Shown: positions 52,610 through 61,466 of the stretch, piece after piece | Layout: the number at the start of each line of letters is the position of its first letter | How positions within the stretch are numbered: position 1 is the stretch's first letter | DNA from: Vicinamibacteria bacterium | GTDB taxonomy: Bacteria; Acidobacteriota; Vicinamibacteria; Vicinamibacterales; CAVVIG01 | Length of the DNA stretch: 64,000 bases | Assembly: GCA_041485905.1 (NCBI GenBank) | Contig: JBGPKK010000004.1 | Location: 1,525 to 65,524, forward strand | Reading direction: 5' to 3' | Notes under the pieces: generated by a model | Seen by the model: only the letters and a program-made list of their open reading frames with translations | The model's database searches: none | Told to the model about the DNA's origin: nothing | Position numbers and translations under genes: made by a program

Positions 52610-54544
52610 ATGAATCGACGCCTGTTGGTCGCCTGCGGCGCGGTGCTGTTGCTGTGGATCGTCGGAGTGAGCGGCGCCGGGCGCAGCGTGGTCGCCGACG
52701 CGGCCATGAAAGGAGACAAGGCCGCGCTCCGCACGCTGCTGCAGCAGAAGAGCGACGTCAACGCGCCCCAGATCGATGGGGCGACGGCCCTGCATTGGGC
52801 GGTGTACCGAGATGATCTCGCCACGCTGGACCTGTTGATCCGCGCCGGAGCGACGATCGACGTGGCCAATCGCGAGGGCATCACGCCGTTGGCGATGGCG
52901 TGTCTCTACGGCAACGTCTCGATGATCAACAAATTGATCAAAGCCGGCGCGGATGTGAAGCAGCGCGGACCGAACGGACAGACGCCGCTCATGCTTGCCG
53001 CGCGTAACGGCGAGCCAGAGGCGATCAGGGTCCTCATCGCCGCCGGCGCAGAGGTAAACGCGAAAGAGCCGGTGCGCGGCACGACGGCGCTCATGTGGGC
53101 AGTCGAACAGAAGCATTCGTCGGCCGTCAAGGCGCTGCTCGACGGCGGCGCGGACTTCAAAGCCCGCTCGGGCGGCGCCGGTCTGCCCCGAGCCTATATG
53201 TCCGGGCGCGTGAACACCGCAGCGGTTGAAGCCGCGGTTCGCCGACGTGCGGCGGCAGCCGCGGCCGGCAGAACGTACGAAGAACAGCTGATCTTCGAGG
53301 GCGTCAATGGCCGCTTTGGGGCGCCTGGCGGCGCCGGCGGCCAGGGCGCTGCGGGCGGGCGCGCGGCAGCAGCGGCCGGCCAACAAGGTGCACCGGCCGC
53401 TGCCGGAGCGGCCGGTCAACAGGCCGCGGCCGGCGGGGGTCGCGGTCGCGGCGGTCGAGGCGCGGGTGGGCGGGCTCAGGGTGCGGGCCAACCAGCCGCC
53501 GACGCTCAGGCAGAAGTCGAAAATCCGGACAACCCCGAAAACACCGAAGTGGTCGTCGCGGGCCTGGTCGGCGGCGGCAGCGGCGGCCTCACGGCGCTGG
53601 TGTTTGCGGCGAGGGAAGGCGACCTGGAGTCGGCGAATCTGCTGCTCGAAGCGGGCGCCGATGTGAATCAGGTCACGGAGTACGGCTGGACGCCGCTGCT
53701 GACAGCGACCAACAACCGGCACTATAAGCTCGGCACGTTCCTGATCGACTGGGGCGCGGACGTCAACATCGCCAACAAAGGCAAATGGACGCCGCTCTAC
53801 CTGGCCACCGACAACCGCAACATCGAGGGCGGTGATTATCCGGTGCAGAAGCCTGACATGGATCATCTGGAGTACATCAAGGTCCTCCTGGACCATGGAG
53901 CCGCTCCGAACGGCCAGGCCAAGGACAACACCTTGAGCCGCACGATCTTCACGATGCAGTGGTTCCTGGAGTCGGGCGTCACGCCGTTCGTCCGCGCGGC
54001 GCAGTCGAGCGACACCGCGCTCATGAAACTACTGCTCCAGTACGGCGCCGATCCGAAGATCGCGAGCGATCACAACGATACGGCGCTGACCGCCGCGGCA
54101 GGCGTCGGCTGGGTCGAGGGAGTGACCTACGAGCACTCGGTGAAAGAGAACGTCGAGGCCGTGAAGATGGTGCTGGATCTCGGTCTGGATCCAAACCACG
54201 CCAACAACGACGGGCGCACGCCGCTCATGGTCGCGGCGATGAAGGGCAGAAGCGAGGTGGTGCAGATGCTCGTGGACCGTGGCGCCAAGCTGGATACACG
54301 GGATCGCGGGAACCGAGACACCGAGACCACGGTGTCCGTCAATGCGGGCCACACGTGGCAGGCGCTCGATTACGCGGACGGTCTGGTTCGGGTGGGCGTG
54401 CAGTCGGCTGTCAATCGACCGGAGACTGCGGCGCTCATTCGCAAATTGATGACCGCACGCGGACTGCCGGTGCCGCCGCCCAACCGGGTCGTCGAGTCCA
54501 TCTGCATCGTGGAGATCTGCAAGGAAAGGGTCTGGGACAAATAG
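52610..54544 (+). CDS. Secreted ankyrin-repeat protein with a central Gly/Ala/Gln/Arg low-complexity insert
   Basis: Signal peptide MNRRLLVACGAVLLLWIVGVSGA. Repeated G.TALHWA / G.TPLM.AA / LL..GADVN ankyrin motifs lie on both sides of the insert. Confidence 0.85.
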   Translation: MNRRLLVACGAVLLLWIVGVSGAGRSVVADAAMKGDKAALRTLLQQKSDVNAPQIDGATALHWAVYRDDLATLDLLIRAGATIDVANREGITPLAMACLYGNVSMINKLIKAGADVKQRGPNGQTPLMLAARNGEPEAIRVLIAAGAEVNAKEPVRGTTALMWAVEQKHSSAVKALLDGGADFKARSGGAGLPRAYMSGRVNTAAVEAAVRRRAAAAAAGRTYEEQLIFEGVNGRFGAPGGAGGQGAAGGRAAAAAGQQGAPAAAGAAGQQAAAGGGRGRGGRGAGGRAQGAGQPAADAQAEVENPDNPENTEVVVAGLVGGGSGGLTALVFAAREGDLESANLLLEAGADVNQVTEYGWTPLLTATNNRHYKLGTFLIDWGADVNIANKGKWTPLYLATDNRNIEGGDYPVQKPDMDHLEYIKVLLDHGAAPNGQAKDNTLSRTIFTMQWFLESGVTPFVRAAQSSDTALMKLLLQYGADPKIASDHNDTALTAAAGVGWVEGVTYEHSVKENVEAVKMVLDLGLDPNHANNDGRTPLMVAAMKGRSEVVQMLVDRGAKLDTRDRGNRDTETTVSVNAGHTWQALDYADGLVRVGVQSAVNRPETAALIRKLMTARGLPVPPPNRVVESICIVEICKERVWDK

Positions 54545-54552
54545 ACCTTTGG

Positions 54553-54616
54553 CCATGAAAGCACGCAATCACGAAAAGGACCCTGGCGTTATTTTCGTGT
54601 TTTCGTGTTTTCGTGG
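54553..54616. repeat. Hairpin built from tandem 8-mers (CACGAAAA / TTTTCGTG x3)
   Basis: TTTTCGTG x3 perfect at 54592-54615. The left arm is degenerate, CCATGAAA GCACGCAAT CACGAAAA. It lies between convergent genes and contains the stop of the minus-strand gene. Confidence 0.7.
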
Positions 54617-55282
54617 TTGCCTTTCCTTCTGAGTGACGAGCGCCGCTTTGACGCGCGGGGCGGAAGGCAGCAGCATCACGCCGGTCAGGTACAACGCCAC
54701 TGTGACAAACGCGACATAGCCGGTGATTGCGGCCGGTGGCTGGTACTGCAGCCCGCCGAGCGTCACCCCCTCCAGCAGAGTCATCACCACGCGTTTGGCC
54801 AGACCGCCCCGCGGATCGTACAGCGAGGCCAGCACGATGTACTTCAGAACGAACGCCCCGCCGAAGACGACCGCCAGGCTGCGCAGGAGCCGCGACCGAT
54901 CCGGCTGGGCCGCCCACGTGTTGAACAGCAGCAACAGAAAGAACATCGTGAAGATGAAGTGAAGGAAACCCGACTCCGGCGTCATCAGGTTGAAGACCTG
55001 TGCGCTCGCCGCGAACAGCGTGGCGATCACAATCGCGCCCGATAGATTTTCCAGAGCGGAGCGGTCGGACCGCATCAGCCGTTGCGGTGCGAGCACACCC
55101 GCACGGAACAGCAGGCCGAGAACGAGCGTGGCAAGGATGAGCGCGATGAGCGGCGGCGGCAGAAACCCCATCCCTTGACCGATCGTCGATCGGAATCCGC
55201 CGAGCAGCGCGACCGTGAGGAAGAGCAGCGGCAGCGTGAACGCCTCGTGCGCGGCCGTGGGGTCAAAGATCGTCGAACGCAC
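54569..55282 (-). CDS. Hypothetical integral membrane protein
   Basis: 6-7 hydrophobic helices. GTG start overlaps the upstream stop by 1 nt. Confidence 0.6.
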   Translation of the reverse strand: MRSTIFDPTAAHEAFTLPLLFLTVALLGGFRSTIGQGMGFLPPPLIALILATLVLGLLFRAGVLAPQRLMRSDRSALENLSGAIVIATLFAASAQVFNLMTPESGFLHFIFTMFFLLLLFNTWAAQPDRSRLLRSLAVVFGGAFVLKYIVLASLYDPRGGLAKRVVMTLLEGVTLGGLQYQPPAAITGYVAFVTVALYLTGVMLLPSAPRVKAALVTQKERQPRKHENTKITPGSFS

Positions 55283-55812
55283 TACTTCCGTTCCTGAAGC
55301 AGCTTCAGCGGGTTCAGATCGGCAAGACCGTGCGTCAGGCCGCGCTCGAGTTCCGCCTTCAGCTCGGCGGCCGAGTGCATGCCCAGCGTCGGGTCGTCCA
55401 CAGTAACGGCCGGATTGGGCGCGACGGCCGTCGCACGATTGACCGCGTCGAGACCTTTCCGAAACAGATCATCGTCGTTGTAGATCCTGCCCCACCCTTC
55501 CCGGTAACAGCTGTATGCCACGTAGAACTGCGTGCGCGCATCCTGCTGGGCGGGATCGGCGCGCTCGAACGCCGCTCGGGCTTCCGGAAAATGATCGCCG
55601 CGGAAGAACGTGAGCCCGCGGTCGAAGCTCGCGGCATCGATTCTGTACGCGCCGACGGTCGAGGCGACACCGCCTGTCATCTGGGCGATGGTGCGCGGCT
55701 GGTTGATGTACACCCACACGATGAACGCCGCGTAAAGCAGCGCGCCTGCGGCGCCGGCGAGTCGGGTCAGCGGCGCATTCATCCGGGCATGATTATTGTA
55801 CCGTCGATCCAC
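55282..55812 (-). CDS. Hypothetical membrane-anchored protein
   Basis: A single TM (LAGAAGALLYAAFIVWVYI) followed by a soluble helical domain. An alternative start is Met 11 at 55782. Confidence 0.55.
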   Translation of the reverse strand: MDRRYNNHARMNAPLTRLAGAAGALLYAAFIVWVYINQPRTIAQMTGGVASTVGAYRIDAASFDRGLTFFRGDHFPEARAAFERADPAQQDARTQFYVAYSCYREGWGRIYNDDDLFRKGLDAVNRATAVAPNPAVTVDDPTLGMHSAAELKAELERGLTHGLADLNPLKLLQERK

Positions 55813-55861
55813 AGCATCCGGGACGCCAGGTCGCCCTGCGGGGCATCCTCAACGTCGACGT

Positions 55862-55891
55862 TTGACATCCCGCCCGCCGCTATGTTATTTA
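55862..55891 (+). promoter_or_regulatory. Sigma-70-like promoter of the blaI-like operon: TTGACA, 18-nt spacer, TATTTA
   Basis: Read directly. The -10 element lies inside the palindromic operator. Confidence 0.45.
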
Positions 55892-55920
55892 CATAGCACT
55901 TGTGCTACTAAAATAACATA
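55881..55920. promoter_or_regulatory. 40-bp AT-rich near-perfect palindrome (probable BlaI-family operator)
   Basis: TATGTTATTTACATAGCAC TT GTGCTACTAAAATAACATA. The outer 10-nt arms and inner 6-nt arms are perfect, with 3 mismatches between them. The last base is the A of the blaI-like ATG. Confidence 0.6.
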
Positions 55921-56312
55921 TGGCCAAATCACGCCCTACGGTTCTGACACGGCGCGAGCGGCAGATCATGGACATCCTCTACCGGCGTGGCCGTGCCACC
56001 GCCGCCGAGGTGATGGACGAGCTCTCGGGCGATCCCAGCTCCTCAACGGTCCGCACTCAATTGCGCGTCCTGGAAGAAAAAGGTCACGTCCGCCACGAGG
56101 AGCAGGGACTGCGCTACGTGTATGTGCCGGCCGTGCCTCGCCATTCGGCGCGGAAATCGGAATTGAGACACCTCGTCGATACGTTTTTCGACGGCTCCGC
56201 GGAGAAGGCCGTCGCGGCGTTGCTTGGAGGTGATGGCGCCCGGTTCTCCGATGAGGAACTGGAGCGCATGGCCGATCTCATCGCGAAGGCTCGGAAGGAT
56301 GGTGCCCGATGA
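55920..56312 (+). CDS. BlaI/MecI/CopY family transcriptional repressor
   Basis: LTRRERQIMDILYRRGRATAAEVMDEL...STVRTQLRVLEEKGHV winged-helix pattern; 130 aa. ATGA overlap with the next gene. Confidence 0.9.
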   Translation: MAKSRPTVLTRRERQIMDILYRRGRATAAEVMDELSGDPSSSTVRTQLRVLEEKGHVRHEEQGLRYVYVPAVPRHSARKSELRHLVDTFFDGSAEKAVAALLGGDGARFSDEELERMADLIAKARKDGAR

Positions 56313-57961
56313 ACACGATGAACCTGCTTCTCACCAGCACGATCAAGGTGTCCCTCATCGTGCTCGTCGCGCTGATGGCGGTCGCAGCGCTGCCGAAACG
56401 ATCCGCCTCGGTGCGACATTGGCTGCTCGCCGCCGCCATCGTCTGTGCGGCGGCGGCACCGCTCCTGGAGGCGGTCGTGCCGGCATGGGATCTCCGGCGG
56501 GCCGAGTCATCGGGCGGAGGCATGACCCTCGGCGAGACGCTGTACCAGGCCGCGCCCCGGCAGGCGTCCCCACGGCACCGCGTGAGCGTCGGACGGTTGG
56601 TCGGTCAGACCCTCGTGCCGACCTGGATCGCAGGTGCGAGCATCAGCCTGTCCCTCCTGCTCGTCGGACTCGCGCGGCTGGCGTGGCTCGCCTCAGGTTC
56701 CGAGCGGATCCGCCGCGGGACATGGTACGACCTGGCGGAGGCCATCTCCCGGGAGTACGGGCTACGCCGTACGGTCCTGCTGCTGCAAAGCGATCATCCC
56801 ACGTTGCTTGTCACCTGGGGACTGATGCGGCCGAAGGTCATTCTGCCGCGGGCGGCGCGCGAATGGTCTGAGGACCGTGCGCGCATCGTCCTCTGTCATG
56901 AACTGGCGCACATACGGCGCGGAGACTGGGTCGTGCAGATGGCGGCCGAGATCGTGCGGTCCGTCTACTGGTTCAATCCCCTTGTGTGGATCGCGTGCAG
57001 GCGGTTGCGTCTGGAGAGCGAACAGGCCTGTGACGATAGGGTGCTCAACCTTGGCGTGGAACGAACCGAATACGCCGCCGAGTTGTTGGACCTCGCACGC
57101 GCGTTCAAGACACACCGGCGGATCCTGGCGTTTGGGTCTCCGGCGCCAGCCATCGCCCATCCGTCCAGTCTCGAAAGGAGAATTCGCGCCATGTTGAATG
57201 CCCGTCTCAATCGAAACCCCGTCACGCGATCGACCTCGGTCGTGACCGCGATCGCGTTATTGACCATCACGGTCTCGATCGCCGGATTCGGCGCGGCCGC
57301 GCAGTCTGGAGCCGCCACGTTCTCGGGAACCCTCATGGATGCGATCGGTCACATTCTCCCAGACAAGGCCGTTGTGCTCGCGGACGTTCAGAGCAAGGCG
57401 AAACACGAAACTCGCAGCGACCAGAACGGTCACTTCGAGCTCGGAGGACTGCCCGCGGGCGAGTATCTCCTTGAAACGGCGCTCGTCGGTTTTGCCAGGG
57501 AGCAGGGCCGTGTCACGCTCGGGGCCGGACAGAACCTGAAGCAGGACGTCGTCCTCCAGGTCGGCTCGCTCTCGGAGACGATTTCGGTCACTGGGGGCCC
57601 GGACAGTGGTGGTGGGACGATCCGGGAGTCGCGGAACGCTTCCACTCAACCCGAAGTCGATCCGTGCAGCCAATCAACGATTGGCGGGTGCATTTCTCAG
57701 CCGAGGAAGATCCGAGACGTGAAACCGCGATACCCTCAGCAACTGTGGGAAGCCGGGAAGGGTGGCACCGTCCGCCTCGAGGGACGCATCGGCACCGACG
57801 GATTCTTGAAGGATCTGCGAGTGATGGCTCCGGCCGATCCCGATCTGGCCAATGCGGCGGTCGAGGCCGCCAGTCAGTGGCAGTTTTCGCAGACACGCCT
57901 GGACGGGGTCCCGATTGAAGTCCGCCTGACTATCAGCGCCAATTTCAAACCGCAGCAGTAG
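56309..57961 (+). CDS. BlaR1-type M56 peptidase sensor with C-terminal CarboxypepD_reg-like and TonB_C domains
   Basis: TM block, HELAHIRRGD (HExxH), then GTLMD...NGHFELGGLPAGEYLLE (CarboxypepD_reg-like), then KPRYPQQLWEAGKGGTVRLEGRIGTDG...QWQF (TonB C-terminal). Confidence 0.85.
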   Translation: MNTMNLLLTSTIKVSLIVLVALMAVAALPKRSASVRHWLLAAAIVCAAAAPLLEAVVPAWDLRRAESSGGGMTLGETLYQAAPRQASPRHRVSVGRLVGQTLVPTWIAGASISLSLLLVGLARLAWLASGSERIRRGTWYDLAEAISREYGLRRTVLLLQSDHPTLLVTWGLMRPKVILPRAAREWSEDRARIVLCHELAHIRRGDWVVQMAAEIVRSVYWFNPLVWIACRRLRLESEQACDDRVLNLGVERTEYAAELLDLARAFKTHRRILAFGSPAPAIAHPSSLERRIRAMLNARLNRNPVTRSTSVVTAIALLTITVSIAGFGAAAQSGAATFSGTLMDAIGHILPDKAVVLADVQSKAKHETRSDQNGHFELGGLPAGEYLLETALVGFAREQGRVTLGAGQNLKQDVVLQVGSLSETISVTGGPDSGGGTIRESRNASTQPEVDPCSQSTIGGCISQPRKIRDVKPRYPQQLWEAGKGGTVRLEGRIGTDGFLKDLRVMAPADPDLANAAVEAASQWQFSQTRLDGVPIEVRLTISANFKPQQ

Positions 57962-57980
57962 TATTCTCGTCGATGCAAAG

Positions 57981-59756
57981 ATGCTGCAACTCGCAGTGCT
58001 CGCCTTGCTCGCGCAGGGTCCGCCGGCCCAACCGGCATCGACCGCGCCGGGCACCATCGAGGGTGTGGTCGTCAAGGCCGGCACGCGCGAGCCGCTCGCC
58101 GGCGCACGAATCCAACTGAATCGCGAAATCGGCGACCCATTCCAGCGCGTGCAGCGCCAGCCTCCACCGGGGAGCGGCGACCCTCCGCCTCCCCCTGAGG
58201 ATCACTTCGGAGCCACGACAGGATCTGACGGTCGCTTCGTGATTGAGAACGTTCCGCCTGGAGAATATCGGCTGTACGCCACTCGCACGGGTGGATATGT
58301 GCCGGCCGAGTACGGTCAGCGCTCACCGACCGGACGCGGGATTCCCTTCGAGCTCATGCCCGGCCAGAAGGTGACGGGCATCCAGCTCACTCTGACTCCG
58401 ACCGGTTCGATCACGGGCCATGTGTACGATCGCGACGGCGAACCGGCGGGCCGCGCGGTCGTGCAGGCTCTGAGGCCGTACTACCGCGACGGCACGCGGA
58501 CGTTGACGATCGTCGAATCGGTGCTGACCAACGACCGCGGGGAGTACCGGCTCTTCTGGCTGCCCCCGGGGCAGTACTACGTGACGGCAAAATCCGGCGA
58601 CGAGCCAGACAGCCGTCCTGTGCGCATCACCGAACCGGCTCGCTTTGTCACGTTCGAGCAAGCGACAAGTCCCGCCGTGAGAAATCGAACATTGCCAACC
58701 GGCGAAGTCGTGGAAGAAACTCAGGTCCCTGTGTATTACCCCGGAACGACGGAGGCGACCACCGCCGCGCGGATCGATCTGCGTTCGGGTGGAAACGCCG
58801 ACGGGATTGACATTCCAATCGCGGCCGGTCCGGTACGCACGCGGCACGTTCGAGGATTTGTCACCAACCAGATGACCGGGCAACCGCTCGCGCTAGCGCA
58901 AGTACTCGCGGTACCCCGGACATCCTATCCCAGCGTCGTGGTTCCCAACGATCTTTCCAAAGTTGACGGATCGTTCGATCTCGCCGGCGTCATGCCCGGA
59001 TCCTATTTCCTCTTTGCGACGACACGGGGCTTGGCCGGCGCTGTGTCCCTTCAGATCGGTGACAGGGACGTCGACAACGTGGCCATCGCGGTGACGCCAG
59101 GATTCCGCGTGTCCGGCAGAGTGATTGTCGACGGCGAGTCGAGAGACGACGGCGATCCGACCGGAGCCAGGCGTGTCAACTTGCACCGCGATCCGGACAT
59201 CCTGGGCATGCCGAGCGCCGCGCCCACATTCAGCTTTCCCTCCGCCGATGGCTCGTTCGTTCTCGAAGGGGTGTCGTTCGGCGATTTCCGTGTGACGGTG
59301 GGTCGACCGGAACGGGTTCAGTCCCTGCCGCAGGACATGTATGTCAAATCGATGCGGATGGGCAACCAAGACGTGCTGGAGAACGGGCTCCACCTGTCCG
59401 GCCAGCCGCGGGACCTGCTGGAGATCATCCTCGGAGCGAACGGCGGCAGAATCAATGGCATCGTCATGAATGCGAGGAGGGAACCGCTGGCGGGTGCGAC
59501 TGTCGTGGCGGTTCCGAATGCCAGCGATCGGTCCAAAAGCGACCGCTACAAGAAGGTGGCGAGCGATACGTCGGGCCGGTTCCGACTGCAGGGTCTAGCG
59601 CCCGGCGAGTACACCGTGTTCGCCTGGGACGACATCGAAGAGGGCGCGTGGCAGGATCCTGACGTCATGCGCGCCTATGAAAGTCGTGGCACGTCGGTTC
59701 GCGTTCGCGACGGAAACGACGAGAACGTCCAATTGACGGTCATCACAGGACGCTGA
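57981..59756 (+). CDS. CarboxypepD_reg-like repeat protein, paralog 1
   Basis: Repeated G.V....G.P..GA.V......DG.F....PPGEY motifs. Minimal signal-like N-terminus MLQLAVLALLAQG. Starts 19 nt after the sensor gene. Confidence 0.8.
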   Translation: MLQLAVLALLAQGPPAQPASTAPGTIEGVVVKAGTREPLAGARIQLNREIGDPFQRVQRQPPPGSGDPPPPPEDHFGATTGSDGRFVIENVPPGEYRLYATRTGGYVPAEYGQRSPTGRGIPFELMPGQKVTGIQLTLTPTGSITGHVYDRDGEPAGRAVVQALRPYYRDGTRTLTIVESVLTNDRGEYRLFWLPPGQYYVTAKSGDEPDSRPVRITEPARFVTFEQATSPAVRNRTLPTGEVVEETQVPVYYPGTTEATTAARIDLRSGGNADGIDIPIAAGPVRTRHVRGFVTNQMTGQPLALAQVLAVPRTSYPSVVVPNDLSKVDGSFDLAGVMPGSYFLFATTRGLAGAVSLQIGDRDVDNVAIAVTPGFRVSGRVIVDGESRDDGDPTGARRVNLHRDPDILGMPSAAPTFSFPSADGSFVLEGVSFGDFRVTVGRPERVQSLPQDMYVKSMRMGNQDVLENGLHLSGQPRDLLEIILGANGGRINGIVMNARREPLAGATVVAVPNASDRSKSDRYKKVASDTSGRFRLQGLAPGEYTVFAWDDIEEGAWQDPDVMRAYESRGTSVRVRDGNDENVQLTVITGR

Positions 59757-59757
59757 T

Positions 59758-61464
59758 ATGATCCAGTTGGCGCTCATCGCGCTCCTCGCCCAGAACGCAT
59801 CTTCGTCCATTCAAGGCGTTGTCTTGAACGCCGGGACCTCCGTTCCGCTTTCCAAAGCCATCGTCGAAATCCTGGGAGACGACAACAGCGCGCCTCCGCT
59901 GCACACCACGACCACGGAAGGCAACGGACGATTCCTGATTCCGAACGTACGCCCGGGCCGCTATCGGCTCGTCGCCAGTCGGCCCGGCTACGTGCGCCGG
60001 ACGCTCAGCGTCGCTGTCTCGCAAGGGCGGACCGAAGAGGTGCAGGCGCTGCTGACCCCGACCGCCGCAATTTCCGGACGGGTCACCGGCGTCAACGGCG
60101 AGCCGATGGGCAACGTCGACGTCGACGCGTTGAGGGCGTCGTATCAGGACGGGCGCCGCGTTCTGACGGCGGTGCAATCCGCGCATACCGACGATCGCGG
60201 CGAGTATCGACTGTTCTGGCTGCCCCCGGGCAGGTACTACGTGAGCGCGACACATTCGGACGCAAAAAGCATGGTGCACCGGATGATTGCGTCCGGCCTA
60301 ACCATCAGCGTTGGCGGCGGCCCGAGGCAGTTCAACATGGTGAGATCGACCGGCGATCCCGCGGTGGCCGGGTCAATCTTCGGGCCCGGAGTCGAGGAGC
60401 AGCAATCGGAGCGCTACGTCACTGTTTACTTCCCCGGGACGATCAGCGAACAGACCGCGTCGCCCATCGATGTGCGCGCGGGCGCCGATGTCGGCGGCGT
60501 CGACATGCAGCTGGCGCCCGGGCGCGCGCGGCACGTGCGGGGCGTGGTCGTCAACGGGGCGACGGGGCAGGTCGCCCAATACGCGGGGCTCCGGGTGATT
60601 GGGGCCGCTGCCCTTCCGGGCAGGCTGGGGATGACCGGCAGCGGCCAGGCGGAAATCAACCGGGACGGCTCGTTCGACCTCACGCTGTTACCCGGACCGT
60701 ATACGTTCGTTGGCACCGCCGGGAATGGAGTCGGCTATGTGAGCCTCGAGATCGGCGATGCGGAGGTCGACGGAGTCCAGGTGGTCGCGCTGCCCGAGTT
60801 CAACGTCAACGGCCGTCTCGTCAGCGACGGCGGGGACAACGCCGATCTGCTTGACCTTCGCATCAGCCTCCGCCGTGATCTTGGCATTCAGGTTACGGAG
60901 TCGCCCGCGTCCAGCTTGTATAGCAATCCGCGTGCGGACGGAACGTTTGTTGTGGATGCCACTCCCGGAGACTATCGGGTGAGCGTGTCCCCGATCCTGA
61001 ATCTCAATCCAGCTCCTCCGTCCTTCACGGTGCCTCCGAGTCTGCGCAACGCCTACATCAAGTCGATCCGCCTGGGAAACGTGGACGTGCTCAACAGCGG
61101 CGTCCATCTCGAGCGCCCGCCGTCAGATTTCCTCGAGATCGTCATCGGCACCAGGCCGGGCACTGTCGAAGGCACCGTCGTCACCGAGCAGCAATCTGCG
61201 GCCGCTGGCGCTACGGTCGTACTGCTGCCAGATTTTCGTCGTCGAACGGAGCTGTACAAGACGATCACGACCGATGCGTCGGGCCGATTCCACATGGACC
61301 GGGTTCCTCCGGGCGATTACCGCCTGTTCGCATGGGACGACATCGAAGAGGGCGCGTGGCAGGATCCTGACGTCATGCGCGCCTATGAAAGTCGTGGCAC
61401 GTCGGTTCGCGTTCGCGACGGAAACGACGAGAACGTCCAATTGACGGTCATCGCAGGGCGCTGA
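59758..61464 (+). CDS. CarboxypepD_reg-like repeat protein, paralog 2
   Basis: Starts 1 nt after the paralog 1 stop. MIQLALIALLAQNASS... The last 120 nt before the final two sense codons are identical to paralog 1. Confidence 0.8.
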   Translation: MIQLALIALLAQNASSSIQGVVLNAGTSVPLSKAIVEILGDDNSAPPLHTTTTEGNGRFLIPNVRPGRYRLVASRPGYVRRTLSVAVSQGRTEEVQALLTPTAAISGRVTGVNGEPMGNVDVDALRASYQDGRRVLTAVQSAHTDDRGEYRLFWLPPGRYYVSATHSDAKSMVHRMIASGLTISVGGGPRQFNMVRSTGDPAVAGSIFGPGVEEQQSERYVTVYFPGTISEQTASPIDVRAGADVGGVDMQLAPGRARHVRGVVVNGATGQVAQYAGLRVIGAAALPGRLGMTGSGQAEINRDGSFDLTLLPGPYTFVGTAGNGVGYVSLEIGDAEVDGVQVVALPEFNVNGRLVSDGGDNADLLDLRISLRRDLGIQVTESPASSLYSNPRADGTFVVDATPGDYRVSVSPILNLNPAPPSFTVPPSLRNAYIKSIRLGNVDVLNSGVHLERPPSDFLEIVIGTRPGTVEGTVVTEQQSAAAGATVVLLPDFRRRTELYKTITTDASGRFHMDRVPPGDYRLFAWDDIEEGAWQDPDVMRAYESRGTSVRVRDGNDENVQLTVIAGR

Positions 61465-61466
61465 CC

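Noticed and set aside
51095-53896. 933-aa ORF on the minus strand, the longest ORF in the track
   Set aside because: It is antisense to the sulfatase-like and ankyrin genes, both of which have clear motifs. Its composition is Arg/Gly/Ala/His-rich with no recognisable domain. This is a typical shadow ORF of a GC-rich genome.
4224-54616. Whether the short tandem arrays (4224, 14281, 28861, 36882, 54553) are CRISPR arrays
   Set aside because: The units are only 7-9 nt and directly abut each other with no spacers. There are at most 4 copies, and no cas genes are present. They are not CRISPR.
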